Notes: generated from the letters alone by a model not told the origin. A stretch of 64,000 bases of DNA from Balamuthia mandrillaris (GCA_031835245.2 JAVKOQ020000018.1:62001-126000), one strand, 5' to 3'. Positions 41,579 to 58,370 are shown, numbered from the stretch's first letter. Translations and numbers: made by a program.

Positions 41579-41834
41579 CCAGTAAGTTGCCCTACCACAA
41601 AGTCAAGTTAAGTTAGCCAGCACTGTGTAACTATGTTTATCTCTTTCTTTCTTCGTTCTTCCTTGTTCTTCTTCTTGTTCTTTTTCTTCTTCTTCTTCTT
41701 CTTCTTCTTGTTCTTGTTCTTCTTCTTCTTCTTCTTGTTCTTGTTCTTCTTCTTCTTCTTCTTCTTCTTCTTCTTCTTCTTCTTCTTCTTCAAATTCAGA
41801 GTCCTTTGTCTTTGAGAACAATGACGGTGATGTT

Positions 41835-42503
41835 ATGGATAGCAACGGTGATAGTAATTTATCAGTATCATCATCATCTTCATTAAGAGGAAGAAGAGGA
41901 GGAGTAGAAACAGAGGAAGATGCAAGAAGCAAAACAACAACCCCACCAACATTGATTGATTTGTTGTTGTTGACTGAAGACGAAAAAGAAGATAAAGAAG
42001 AACACAAAGAAGAAAAACAAGGAAAAAAGAGAAAAATAGAGAAACAACAAAATAGAGCTAGAACAAATGATGATAATGATGACGACGATACTACACATGG
42101 CAGCAGTAGTAGTAATGGTGGTGGTGGTGATGGTGGAGGAAGACGTCTTTCTCGTGTTATCACATTGATGAACCGTTTGACAGAAGAGCGGTGGACAGAG
42201 TTGACGGCAGTGACGAGTCGATGGAGCCCTTCTACCCAACGTAAACATGCCTGGACTTTGACCATCTGGGAAGCACATTGTGCGCATCATAAATGTTTGC
42301 CAGCTCTTCCTTTGAATCTCCAACGTCATAACGTAGGAGCCTTTGTTCAATGGTTGATTTTGGATGTGGGTTATGCCTTGAGCTCTGTGCGCGATGTCAT
42401 GATTGCCAGTCTTTATCGTTTGCATGATGAAAGTATCCAACAACAGCTTGACTCCCTTTCTGCATCCTCCTCCTTCTCCTCACAGAAAGATAATGCAAGG
42501 TAG
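41835..42503 (+). mobile_element. Truncated tyrosine-recombinase N-terminal (core-binding/SAM-like) domain; DIRS/Crypton-like remnant
   Basis: SPSTQRKHAWTLTIWEAHC...P...VGAFVQWL...GYALSSVRDVMIASLYRLH fits the YR core-binding pattern; no catalytic R-H-R-Y domain seen. Confidence 0.45.
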
Positions 42504-43330
42504 AAGTTTGTGACGTGGTGAAATGGAACAATGTGGTTTGCCACAATCCTTGTGCTTCCTGCACTCATCGGGTGGCCCGCGCACCAAATCTCCCTGTCTC
42601 AGCCAAACAAATCGTCGTTCCTTGCAGCTGCTGGGTGCGCTTGGTGACCTGTGCCAGAAGAAACGCTGGACTTACGGTCTGGGCTGCTTTGGGCCAACGG
42701 TACCACCTTTTGTTGACGGCGGTTGCTGCTGTGAAAGACTTGATGCCCAATATGGCCAGTATTTCAATCCACAGCTCCTTTAGCAGAAGGTCTCTTCATA
42801 GGTTCCTCTTCATAGGTTGGGTGAGGCATGAGAGAACTCCCTTGTGTTTCAAGTTGTTCGTAGTTTCCTTCTTGTTCTTTTTCTTCTTGTGTTGCTTTCT
42901 TTTGTTGTTCTTAGCGCATAAAAGAGATTTGTAGTTCAATGTCTTGCATACGTCGTTGGAGATGGGCCACATACCCAGAGTTATATGAACCCGCAGACAC
43001 AGCAGCTGAAGAAGCAGGAGATGGAGAAGAACAACGAGAACTATCACGTGCGTAGCTTTGAGTCCATTGCCAAGCCTTGTAGTCGTAGCGGGTGGCATCG
43101 GTTTGGTACAAGGCAAGTGCGTCTGTGTTGTTTAGCTTCACCAATCAACTCTGCCAGTTGCACAACGGTTCCGATGCCATAGAATGGCGCCCATTCAAGC
43201 AAATGCGGCAAATATACTCCGCTCTCTGTCATTCTCTGTCCGTTAGCTTTCTAACAGAGACAAAAAAAAACAAACAAACAAGCCAGAACTGGTAAAGCAA
43301 ACATGGAGTACAATGGTGTCACTAACTGTA
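42480..43330 (-). pseudogene. Decayed paralog of the 40.5-41.6 kb F-box gene
   Basis: WAPFYGIGTVVQLAEL, YDYKAWQWTQ, LKELWIEILAILGIKSF, DECRKHKDCGKP match the neighbour; premature TAA at 42911, frameshifts and an aacctatgaagag duplication at about 42792-42818. Confidence 0.75.
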
Positions 43331-43420
43331 GTGGACACTAAAGAACGAATGAAAGTAAAGGTTGCCATTGGTTGATTTTATAATAATAAATCTTATAATC
43401 GTTTGTTTCAAACTTTGATT

Positions 43421-46975
<3,555 letters not shown>

Positions 46976-47245
46976 TTTTTGCTTTCTTCTTCCTTGTTCT
47001 TCTTCTTGTTCTTTTTCTTCTTCTTCTTGTTCTTCTTGTTCTTCTTGTTCTTCTTGTTCTTCTTGTTCTTCTTCTTCTTGTTCTTCTTCTTGTTCTTCTT
47101 CTTCTTCTTCTTCTTCTTCTTCTTCTTGTTCTTCTTCTTCTTCTTCTTCTTCTTCTTCCAAACTGGGTTATTTCTTGGAACACAGGTGGTGTGGTGTCAG
47201 GGGGTGGGGTACCCTTGGCCAAGCGGTTTTGGTGAATGTGTTCTT

Positions 47246-47287
<42 letters not shown>

Positions 47288-47806
47288 AAAGGAGGAAGAA
47301 AAAGAATGGGAGCGGACAGCATCGTCGTCATCATCATGATGATAATGATGACGGTGATTGGAAATGCCGAAGAAGAAGGAGGGAAAGGGGGTGGGAATTG
47401 ATGGTTAACCTCCGTGCGTGTTTGTTTTTTGGCCCCCTCCTTGCTGTTTCTTTTGAGCCAAGCTTGGATGGGCAGCTTTGAACAACGGGCGGGTGATGAT
47501 GTGCCACTCTTACAAAATAAACAACACAGAAAGTTTTTTTCATCTCAAACAACCACTCGCTAATTCCTTCTCTTTCTTCTTTCTTCTTTCTTCTTTCTTC
47601 TTTCTCTTTCTCTTTCTTTTTCTCTTTCTCTTTCTCTTTCTCTTTCTCTTTCTCTTTCTCTTTCTCTTTCTCTTTCTCTTTCTTCGTTCTTCTTTCCTCT
47701 TTCTTCTTTCTTCTTTCCTCTTTCTTCTTTCTTCTTTCTGCTTTCTTCTTTCCTCTTTCTTCTTTCTTCTTTCCTCTCGCCATCCAGGCACACACACCCC
47801 GCTCGC

Positions 47807-48283
47807 TCACTCATGGTGCTGGTAATGGCAACACCCAGGGTGAGCAAACGGGTTGCCGCAGCAGGGCCACCGGTCGTTGGCCTGGGCCTCGCTCCTGTTC
47901 ATGTAGTTCTCCATGGCGGCGTCGGGGAAGCCGCCCTGGTGGTCAAAGGGATGGTAGGCCGCAGCAGGGCAGCCGGCGTTGGTCCCTTGGGTGAAGGCCC
48001 GGGCGCAACCGGCGCACAGCCGCTCTCGCGCCCGCTCCTCCTCTGTCACGCGGTCGGCGGCCGCCAGCTCCTCCCGCACGAGCGCCACCCTGCCCTCCTC
48101 CTCCAGGGCGGCGAGCAGCCGACGGGCCTCCTGTTTGGCGGCCTCAAAGTCGGCCACGAGGAGGCGGCCCTCCAGCCCGGCGTAAATGTCCCTCACCTCT
48201 TGGAGGAGAGCTTTGTAGCCCTCGATGTTCTCTTGGTACAACGAAACCTGTTGTCTTTGTTGTTGTTGTTGTGCTTGTTCCAT
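47807..48283 (-). CDS. Small coiled-coil protein with C-terminal putative zinc-binding motif, intronless
   Basis: 158 aa, GC-rich codons; CAGC...N...YHP...WPCCG...HPGC. Confidence 0.7.
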   Translation of the reverse strand: MEQAQQQQQRQQVSLYQENIEGYKALLQEVRDIYAGLEGRLLVADFEAAKQEARRLLAALEEEGRVALVREELAAADRVTEEERARERLCAGCARAFTQGTNAGCPAAAYHPFDHQGGFPDAAMENYMNRSEAQANDRWPCCGNPFAHPGCCHYQHHE

Positions 48284-48560
48284 GTTTCGTTGTCCGTTCT
48301 GCTTCTTTCTTAAGTGGTTACGTTCTTCTTCCTCTCTCTTTTCCTCTCCTTCAGGGAAGCCGATTTCGTTCGTTCACGTCGACAAAAAAAGTTAAACTCA
48401 ACGAGTCGCAAAATTCGCCGATGATGTCACCGCATAGGCGGAAAAACCCCCGCAGGCGCTGACGTCACCCTATCCTCCGCTACTTGGAAACGGGCAAAAA
48501 CGGTTCCAAATGAATTGGCATTTTCACGCTTTGCAAAGAAGGAAGAACGAAGAGAGAGAG

Positions 48561-50204
48561 ATGAAGGTGCAGCCGTTGTGGATCGTGCTGGCGGTGGCCA
48601 CCGTGTGGGTGGCCTGGTGGCTGGCCGCGACGGTGCTCCCCATGACCAACCACAAGCACGCACTGACGGTGCATCAAACCCGGCCGGGAAAGGCGTACCT
48701 GCGTAACGCCCAGGGCCTTTGGCTGGCTTACACTCACTCCTGGCTCCCTGCCGACCCTTCCACCGCCCCCAAGTACCGTTCGATCTACTCTGATTTATTT
48801 TTTTGATGAACGATTAACTTCGATTTCTTTTTCAAAAAAAAAAAAAAGAGGAGTGGTTTATGCGGCACACGGCTACTCCGATCACTGCGGGCGGGTGATG
48901 CGCAAGGTGGGCGTCCACCTGAACGAGGCCGGCTACGTGGTGCTCTGCCTGGACATGCAAGGGCATGGCAGGAGTGAGGGGGACCGCGGCTACGTCGAGC
49001 ACTTTGACCACTACATCGAGGAGTACAGCCTCTTCCTGAAGGAGGTCGAGGAGAACTATGCGCCCTACAAGGACCTGCCTCGTTTTCTTTTGGGGTTCCT
49101 CTTTCCTCTCTGCTTCTATGCTTCTCTCTCTCATTCTCTTTCTTCTCTCGTTCTCTCGTTCTCTCGTTCTCTTGCTTCTCTCGTGCTCGTTCTCTATTCT
49201 CTTCTCTCTGCTTCTCTCTGTTTCTCTCGTTCTCTTCTCTCTCCTCTCCTGTCTTCTCTCTTCTCTCCTCCTCTCATTCTCTTTCTTCTCTCGTTATCTT
49301 GCTTCTCTCTGCTTCTCTCGTTCTCTCGTCTCTCGTCTCTCGTCTCTCGTCTCTCGTCTCTCGTCTCTCGTCTCTCGTCTCTCTTCAGTTGAATGACAAC
49401 ATTTGTTTACACAATACAAAAGAGGGTCGATGGGAGGAGCTATCGCCATAGGGCTGGCCAACAGGATGCCCACCTACTTCAACGGCGTTTTGTTGTTGGC
49501 TCCCGCCGTCATTCCGGACCCCAACGTTGCTCTTCCTTGGAAAGTTGCTTTGGGAAGGTTACTATCTCTATTTTTGCTGCCGCTCTTTTCTCTGCTCGCT
49601 TTGCTCCTTGCTTCTTCCCTTCTTTCTGCCTCTTTGCTTCTTCCTTCTCTGTCTCTCTTTCGTTGTTTCATGACAGACTGATAAAGCTCACAAAACAAAG
49701 GATGTTGTCCGACTATTTGCCAAAGCTTCCTATCGGCTATCTTGATCCCTTCACCATGTCACCGGACGTGGATGCTGGTTCGTATCGTTCTAGTTGTTTC
49801 TTCCGCTCTTGTCACTTCTTCGTCCTCTTCCTTCGCCCTCAACCACTGCCGGTGAACTAACGAAAAATGGACTGCCAGTTTATTCCTTCATAGCCGACCC
49901 GTTGACCCACAAAGGCCCCGTCGCCACAAGATGGGGAGCAGCCATTCTGGACCACATGGAGCGGATCAAGGAGGAGGCAACCACCAAGATGACCTATCCC
50001 TTTTGGGTCGCTTTCGGCACGGACGACCGGGTCTGTAACATCGAAGGAGGCTTTTACCTGAGGGACCATGCCGTCAGCAAGGACAAGACGTTGCAGCAGT
50101 ACGAAGGAGGCATGCACGACCTCATCAGCGATCCTAACGTTGGGAAAGAGGTGCTGAAGGACATGCTTCAATGGATGGAGCAACACAGGTCTTCTGCCTC
50201 TTGA
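48561..50204 (+). CDS. Monoacylglycerol lipase / Hydrolase_4 alpha-beta hydrolase, copy 1
   Basis: N-terminal TM; HGYSDH, DMQGHGRSEG, G-G-S-M-G-G elbow across a splice, GTDDRV, YEGGMHDL. Confidence 0.9.
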
Positions 50205-50398
50205 GTTCGCTTCCACCTTATTTATAAACAGTAGACATTTCGTCCATAGAACAAATTCTTGTTCATGTATCGATGGTGGCGTGACGTCAGCAGTGTGCAC
50301 CTCTTTACAGTGATGTCGACAGATTTTAATCACATGCGGCTACTCAAATAAAATCAAACTCTGTCTTATTTTTCTTGAACAACAGGAGAACAAAAGAG

Positions 50399-50987
50399 AT
50401 GAAGGTGCAGCCGTTGTGGATCGTGTTGACGGTGGCCACCGTGTGGGTGGCATGGTGGCTGGCCGCGACGGTGCTCCCCATGACCAACCCCAGACACTCC
50501 TTGACGGTGCATCAAACCCGGCCGGGAAAGGCGTACCTGCGTAACGCCCAGGCCTTTGGCTGGCTTACACTCACTCCTGGCTCCCTGCCGACCCTTCCAC
50601 CGCCCCCAAGTACCGTTCGCCATTGCTCTTGCTCTTTTTCTTTCTAACTCTTGTTCGTTGTTGCCAATGCATGCAGAGGAGTGGTTTACGTGGTGCATGG
50701 CTTTGCGGACCACTGCGGACGTTTGCTGCGGTACTCGGAGGCAGAGTTCAACGAGGCCGGCTACGTGGTGTTGTGCATGGACCTGCAAGGGCATGGCGGA
50801 AGCGAGGGGGATAGAGGTTTTGTGGAAGACGTTGACCACTACATCGAGGAGTACAGCCTCTTCCTGAAGGAGGTCGAGGAGAGCTATGCGCCCTACAAGG
50901 ACCTGCCTCGTTTTCTTTCGGGGTTTCTCTCTTCTCTCTCTCTCTCTCTCTCTCTTTTGTTCTCTCGTCTCTCTTTCTCGTTCTCTT

Positions 50988-51020
<33 letters not shown>

Positions 51021-51883
51021 CTCCTCTTTCCTCCAATGACAAACAAACCAAAAGAGGGTCGATGGGAGGAGCGATCGCCATAGGGCTGGCCAACAGGATG
51101 CCCACGTACTTCAACGGCGTTTTGCTGTTGGCTCCCGCCATCATTCCGGACCCAGCCGTCGCCTCGCCTGCTCTTATCGCTTTAGGACGGTTCGTCTTTT
51201 TGGTTCCCTCTCTGCTGTTGCCCGGCTGTTCTTCCTCTCTGCTTCTCTCCGCTCTTTTGTTCAGCACACTGACCACCGAGAACATTCTCTTTTTTTAATA
51301 ACAATAGATGGATATCGTATTACATGCCAAGGCTTTCCATGGGCCATGTTGACCCCTTCAGATCGTTTGCAAACATCGAAGCGGGTTCGTTTCCTTCTTC
51401 TTGTTATGTTATTGTTCTTCTTGTTCTTCTTGTTCTTCTCCTTCTTGTGCTTTTTCTCCTTTCTGTTTCTCCTTCACTCCTCCTTCTCCTCTTCTTGTCT
51501 CTCGTCTTTCCTACCAAATAACTCACCAGCAACACCACAACAATCCCACAGCTCATTCCTTCATAGCAGATCCGTTAACGTACAAAGGACCTATCGCCAC
51601 GAGATGGGCAGCAGAAGTCATGAGACAAATGGAGCGCATCCAAGAGGAAGCGGCCACCAAGATGACCTATCCCTTTTGGGTGGGATTCGGCACGGCGGAC
51701 AACGTGTGCAGCGTGGAGGGAGGCTTTTACCTGAGGGACCATGCCGTCAGCAAGGACAAGACGTTGCAGCAGTACGAAGGAGGCACGCACGACCTCCTCA
51801 GCGATCCTAACGTTGGGAAAGAGGTGTTGAAGGACATGCTCCAATGGATGGAGCAACACCTCGCTCCTGTCTCCTCGCTCTAA
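50399..51883 (+). CDS. Monoacylglycerol lipase / Hydrolase_4, copy 2 (1-bp deletion in exon 1; pseudogene or assembly error)
   Basis: Near-identical to copy 1 at both ends; CAGGCC at 50549 versus CAGGGCC at 48711. Confidence 0.82.
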
Positions 51884-52427
51884 GCAAACCAAAAAAAAAA
51901 CCCAAGTGTATAGACAAACTTTGGAGGTTCTCATACCCTCCTCAAGTTACCACCCTAGGAGTGACGTCATCCATTCCACCGTACGATCTGTGCCCGATCA
52001 AAACCTGCAATCTCACCAAAGGGAGACTCCGTGGGGCACCAAAATCTGTCCAAATAGGACCATCGGAATCTGCAATTACCTTAACCAAACGGGAATTTCA
52101 CCGCCAAAAGAAAATAGAAAAAGAAAATATTTATTAATAAAAAAAAAAAAGAAAAAGAGAGTAGCAGAGCAAGAAGCAGCAAGCGGCTAGCTGTGCTAAA
52201 ACAAACGAAAAAGTCATCGAGTTACCACCAGCTCCTACCGCTCCTATGCCTATGTCTCTTTTGGACTAGTCCTATTTATTATTTATTTGAGGAAAAAAAA
52301 CAAGCTTAGAGGAAAAAAAAATATCTGATCTCATTCATTCGCGCACACAAAAAAAAAAGTGAAACGGAAATCAGATCATCCAACCACCTCTCCGTCTTCT
52401 CTTCTCTATCTCTCTGTCTCTCTCTAG

Positions 52428-52772
52428 ATGCAGTTCATAGAGGATGGGGTATCGCGGCTGCGCCGGTCAAGGAACACGGTGCTGGTGGTGGTCACGCTGG
52501 CAGCGCTGTTGGACACGGTGGCCTACACCGTGGTGGTCCCTTTGATCCCGCTCTACGTGGAGATGCTTCGGATCAGCAACTTTCAATTGGCTGTGCTGCT
52601 TTCCGCCTTCCCTATCGCTGGTCTTCCTCTTCAACCTGTGTACGTTAAAAGCTTGCTCTCATGCCCTTTTTCTGCTTCTTCGTTTCTCGTTCTCTCTTCT
52701 TCTCTCTTCTCTCTTCTTCTCTCTTCTCTTCTTCTCTCGTGCTCTCTTCTATTGTCTCATTCTTATTTTCTC

Positions 52773-52819
<47 letters not shown>

Positions 52820-54653
52820 TCTTCTCTCTCTTCGTTTATGTTATTTAGCTTTATGGTAAACGTTTCTTTTTTGTTTTGGAAATAACGAAAAAACAGGGTG
52901 GGTCTTCTCAGTGACGTTTGTGGTAGAAAATGGCCGATGGTTATCGGCTTCGTTTCTATGGCGGTCTCTACTGTCATGTACTGCCTTGTGCAGAGCTTCC
53001 CTTTGCTTTTCATCACGAGAACATTCCAAGGAATAAGCTCTGCCTTCACATGGACTGTTGGTCTTGCCACTCTCGCAGATATTTATCGTGAGTCTTTTCA
53101 TTCCTTCTCTCTCTTCTCTTCTCTCTTCTCTAATAGCTCGAATAATAGGTCCGCACGAGTTGAGTCATGCAATGGGCATCGCCAATGCTGCAAGTTCCAT
53201 TGGAGGAATCCTTGGCGGTCCTTTTGGTACCTTTTTCTTTTGTCCTCGGTTTTGCTATTGGAGTAACATAACCATTTATCTATCTTCAGGAGGTCTGATG
53301 TACGATTGGGGAGGCATAATGATGCCATTCGTGGTGATTGGGGTGTTGTGTTTAGTCGACGGCTTTGCTCGTCTTTACTTGCTCGACATTGACACCATCA
53401 AAGCTATCTACAATCCTTCTTCCCCCTCTGAAAAAGAGGACGAAGAGGCGCTCCTCACCTCTTCTTTACCTGAAAAAGAGGACGAAAAAGAAGATGCAGC
53501 AACTATCGTTCAAGAATCACACACTTCAAATCGCGAAATGAGACGCATTAATCGGCCTTCCAAAACCTCCACTGCCGTGACGGAAGATCGCGACTTCGAG
53601 GAGGTAACTCAAAAGAGCGGCATTCTCTCTGCCGACGAGGAAGAGGACCCAGAAGACCTCTCCTCCAAACCCCAAGGCTTTCTTCCTCGTGTCTCATCTA
53701 CCACTTCTTCCTCTTCCTCATCTTCTCATCATCGCTCACCGCAAAACATCGTCAGCTCGAACGTTCGATGGTACAATCCATCATCCTACCGGTACCATCC
53801 TCTCGTTGCTCGCTGGTGGAGAGCCTTCTTGCTTTGGTGGCGTGGCCCCTTGGCCACTCTCCTCAACAAGGCCTTCTTGCTGACCCTCTTCGCCACCATG
53901 ATGGGCGGCGCAGTCGTCACGCTTCTCGAGGTACTTCTACCTATTCACTTTGTGGAGGTCTACCAGGCCTCCTCCGAGATTGGCTTCTTCTTTGGGGTGA
54001 TGGCGGTGGCTTATAGTGTTTGCTCGGTGGCGGCAGGATGGCTGGTGGACAAAGGCAAGTGCACGAACTACTCGGCAATTATTTTGGGATGGTTGTTGTC
54101 GGTCGTGGCGTTACCTCTTCTTGCGTTAGCTCCAAGCATGTTCCTTTCTTTTGCAACGGCGATTGATGAGAATGGTGGTCAAGTGATGGAAGACGAAGAC
54201 GGAGATGTTGAGAAGCAAAGAATGTGGCAAAGGACGATGAGCATGGCGTTGGATGCAGTGGTCTTGTTTATAATAGCGGTGGGGCATTCGTTTGCGACCA
54301 CCCCGGTGATGGCCTTTTTGAGCGAGGTCAGCACTGCCACCGACCCCAATGCGGAGAAGAACAGGGGCATCATGTACGGCCTCTACACTTCGGCTTATAC
54401 TGCGGGAATGATCGTTGGTATGTCCTTCTTTCCTTTTTATCTTACTTTATCTTTCCACCTCCTTACTCAGAACACAAACAAACAAACAGGGCCGTTGTAT
54501 GTGGGAATTTTATTGGACTTGGTGACAGAGTTTTGGCGCATTTTGGTCGTGTTATCGGTCAGCACGTTTGCCTTTTTGCTGGTGTTTGTTATTTACTTCA
54601 AACAGGCTTTCGAGCAATCACGGATAGGCGGCAAACGCATTCCTGGATTGTAA
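52428..54653 (+). CDS. MFS transporter (SLC18/vesicular amine transporter-like)
   Basis: LLDTVAYTVVVPLIP, GLLSDVCGRK, RTFQGISSAFTWTVGLATLAD, multiple TM helices. Confidence 0.88.
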
Positions 54654-54802
54654 ACAACCAAAAGATCTTTTTTTTTTTGAACTCCCGTTCCTCCACTCAC
54701 CTTTTTTCACGAAGTAGACGCACATCACATTTGCGTGCCATCGCTGCACCGGTCTGCCTTTCTGCAGTGGTGTAACTTACAGGAAACAACTGCAATTACC
54801 GT

Positions 54803-56997
54803 TCAAATGCAGTTCCACACCAATCGCCAAGGAGAAGGACCCAACAACCCTCGATCGGTTTGCCAGCCGGCCAACTGCCACCCTCGCTTGAGCTTGGCGA
54901 ACTCCTCTTTCCACTTTTGAAGGGAAGCACCGACGCTCTCCGCCTCCAAAAAGGGCTTTCTGTCTTTATGCGCCTCGAGGTGCTGCACCGTTTTCCACAA
55001 GCAGTAAGCAAGACAGTAGCCCGCAAGCATGTCTTCCGGCTGTGTCTCCTCATGAAGAACGATGTAGATCCGTTCTACAGTTGTGTCATCATCCACCAAG
55101 CTCTTCCAACGCATTTCCTCATCGTCGTCACCAACTAGCATCACTGCTTCTTCTTTCCGCTTCTTCACGGAAACAAGCAACAAATACTTTTCATCATTCG
55201 AGCGTCGACTAAAGTGATGAAAGAGTTGCTGATTGTGGGCGCTGCTGTTCTTGTTGAGCACAACACTCAACCTTGCTCCTAACTCGACCCTTCGCCCAAA
55301 GTCCCACCACAAAACTCTTTCTTTGCTGCTCACTTCTTCCGGTGTTAAAAATGGCGACTTCTTGTTCTTCTTCACTTCGTCATTCTTTTGTTGTTGATGA
55401 AGCAACCAATGATCGAGAGCGAGATGCAATCGCTGTCGGTTAAATGTATCCATCGTGATGCCACGAACACAACGGTAGTTGGCCCACAGGTGTAACGCTG
55501 TGAGAATGATGAAAAGCAGCCATATGCGTGCTCTCTGTTGCGCAGCGGAGAAGGAAGAATCGTTGAGAAAGGAGGTAACGGCGAGACCTAAAAGCATCCC
55601 AATGAGATTGGCGGCTGTTTCTTGGCTGCCGTCTTTGGCAGAGACATCTGTTGTGTTCGTGGTATTAAGGTTACGATGTAGATAAAAGCAGAGAACAAAA
55701 GAAAAAGCGCCTAAGGGTCAGAAAATGGCGGAGAAAGAGCGTACCAGCCATATTATTGTTACGGGCTTGGTGGACGGTAATGGCAGCTCGTGTAGCTCCT
55801 CCAGCTACTCCCACGATCGCTTTTAACACACTCCTAAAGAAACGCGTTGAGCAGGTTGTCAAAGACCGTCCAATAGCCAAATAAAAGGAAGGAGAAACAG
55901 CGTACCCAGCGCAAGCAAGAAGAACGAAATACTCAGGAAACATTGGCGATAACAGTTCCATTGTCATTGCCAAGTCTGTTACGTTGCGATGAAGAAGAAA
56001 AAGCAAACGATAGATAAGAATAGAACGCAAAGAACGTTACGACGATAACACCAAGAAAGAAAGAAAGAAAGAAAAAAGGCAAAAGACCATTTAAAATGTC
56101 GGCCATAAACCGCCAAGTCTTGGCGTTGCTATCGAGCTCTGGTCCTTGCAGCCATGCAAAGGCTATTCTGCCTACCATGCCCGTCCCGTCTCTTATTACC
56201 CTTTGTGTTTTCATAAAGGAAAGGAGAAGAAGAAGAAGAAGAAGAAGAAGAAGAAGAAGAAGAAGAAGAAGAAGAAGAAGAAGAAGAAGAAGAAGAAGAA
56301 CAAGAACAAGAAGAACAAGAAGAACAAGAACGGAGAGCGAAGAATTATAAGAATAAGAATGAAGAAAGAAGAACAAGAAGCAAGAAAGAAGAAGAGGAAG
56401 AAGAGAAAGAAGAAATAAGAAAATAAAAACAAACCATTGAACGACGGCAGCAGCAGGGGTGGCGGTGGCCCTGCCCACGCCAACCCCCTCCAAGATGGCA
56501 TGCGTGCACAGCAGCCCCGTCACGGAGCTGCAGAGGGCCTGCAACGTGTCCCACAGCTGGTAGCGGAGGTAGTCCGACGAGACGCTCCTGGGGTAGCCCT
56601 CGGGGAGGAAGACGGCGCGGAGGTAAAAGATGAGAACGTAGAGGGGACGCGCCAGCAGCAGCGGCAGCAGGGTCCGTCGGTTCGTGCGCCAAGGTTGCTG
56701 TGGGTGTTGTGGTTGCGGCTGGTTGCAGGCAGTGGAGCCATCCGAGCGAAGGGTGTAGCGCTTGGAGGTGAGATGAGAGGAAGAGGAGGAGGAGGGGGAC
56801 GAGCCGACCAACCGCTCTTCGATGGCGATCATGGCATAACGATCGGGGGAGGGAAGGCATGCTGGTGGTGAAGTTCGTTGTTGTGGCACTCGGTTGGAAA
56901 TGTTACCACCACTGTCCTTGAGATCCCTCCTCTCCGCGTTGCCTCCGTTGTTTTTGCGGCTCCTCCTTTGCGGTGGTGGCTGGCTTCGTCCCTTCAT
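54803..56997 (-). CDS. RUSF1: RUS1/DUF647 family protein (multi-exon)
   Basis: FLPEGYPRSVSSDYLRYQLWDTLQ, DSNAKTWRFMADILND, GATRAAITVHQARNNNMAD, AKDGSQET, HLWANYR...FNRQRL; start codon uncertain. Confidence 0.9.
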
Positions 56998-57172
56998 CCT
57001 TCTTCGTCGTTTGCTTTGATAAGCGACCAAAAAAAAAAATATTAAATCTTGTTGTTTTTCGTTGTAGGCCCTCTTCGATCTATCGAGGAGAGGAGGTGAG
57101 CTCTGCTGGTGGTTGGAGGCCTTGAAGTACGAAGGGGGGGGGGAATGTCTCGCTTCACATCCACTGCACTCT

Positions 57173-57220
<48 letters not shown>

Positions 57221-57238
57221 GAGAGAGCAACCGCTTTG

Positions 57239-57569
57239 TTATTTTGGAGTCACCTTGGCGAAGAGGGCAGCGAACTGCGATGGGGATGCTGCGCCGGAGA
57301 GGGTGTGCCTGCCGTTGTGAGAAGCAGAACGAAGGAGCAAGCAAGCATGCAAGAAGAACACGAAGACATCAGGGAGCAAGCAAGAAAAATGCAGTGGCGG
57401 CAAACGCACTTATCGTTGATGATGAACAGCGGAACGCCAGTGCATCGCTTGGCTGCTTGCTGCTTTTCCTGCCGTATTACCGCCTCCGCTCCTTCCTCAC
57501 CGCTCAGGTAGGCCGCCACCTGTTTGGCCCTCTCTGTTAGCTCTCGAAGAGAGGAAGAGGCAGAGAGAG

Positions 57570-57604
<35 letters not shown>

Positions 57605-58259
57605 AAGAGAGAGACATCATCGGTCATTCCAACTGCTTTAGCAGCAGCACTGAGCACCTCAATGGCGCCAATGTCCTCCCCTTCCAGCCAGTACTTGCTG
57701 AACAGCACCTCCGCCAAGGGGTCCTGTTTGTCCCGGAGGCCTGCCAGGTGCAACAACCGATGGGCACGAAACGTGTTTGGCATCTTATCGCAGAGCTTCA
57801 GCTCCATCCCTTCGGCCCTGACTGCAAGGAGAATGAACAAACAGAACAGCTGCTCAACAGGAAGAAGAAGAAGAAAGAAAGAAGAACAAGAGGCAAGAAG
57901 AAGAACAGGGCACGCACAGTGCGGCTCAAAGTGACGAGTAACGCGCTCACGGGTGGAGCCCAACCATTCCTGGCAGAAGGGACCCATGTCCACAACTTCC
58001 GGCGGCAGCGAGGGCCGCAGCTCAAACGGAAGCCACCGCACCCTAAACTCCACCTCCCCCGACTCCCGAACGGCCGCCAAGGCCTTCTCCATCCGCCTCT
58101 TCCCTATGAAGCACCACCTCTTCACAAGCTCAGAGAGAGCATAAAACAAAAGCGATATGAAAGAAGCACGTACGGACAAACAGGGTCTGAGAGGATATCG
58201 ATGGTTATTACCACGTTGGGTGCCGCGGCAGCAGAAGAAGAAGAAGAAGAGCCTTCCAT
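57239..58259 (-). CDS. DsbA/FrnE-family oxidoreductase (multi-exon)
   Basis: DILSDPVCP|WCFIGKRR (CPWC across a splice), WLPFELRP, NTFRAHRL, GVPLFIIN. Confidence 0.85.
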
Positions 58260-58370
58260 GATGCGTGGTTGTTCTCACGAGAACTCTCTCCTCTGGCTTG
58301 GTTCACGCGTTAATAACGACTCGGTCCTTTTCGCTGATTTGCGTTACAGTAACAAAGAAGAAAGAAAGAG

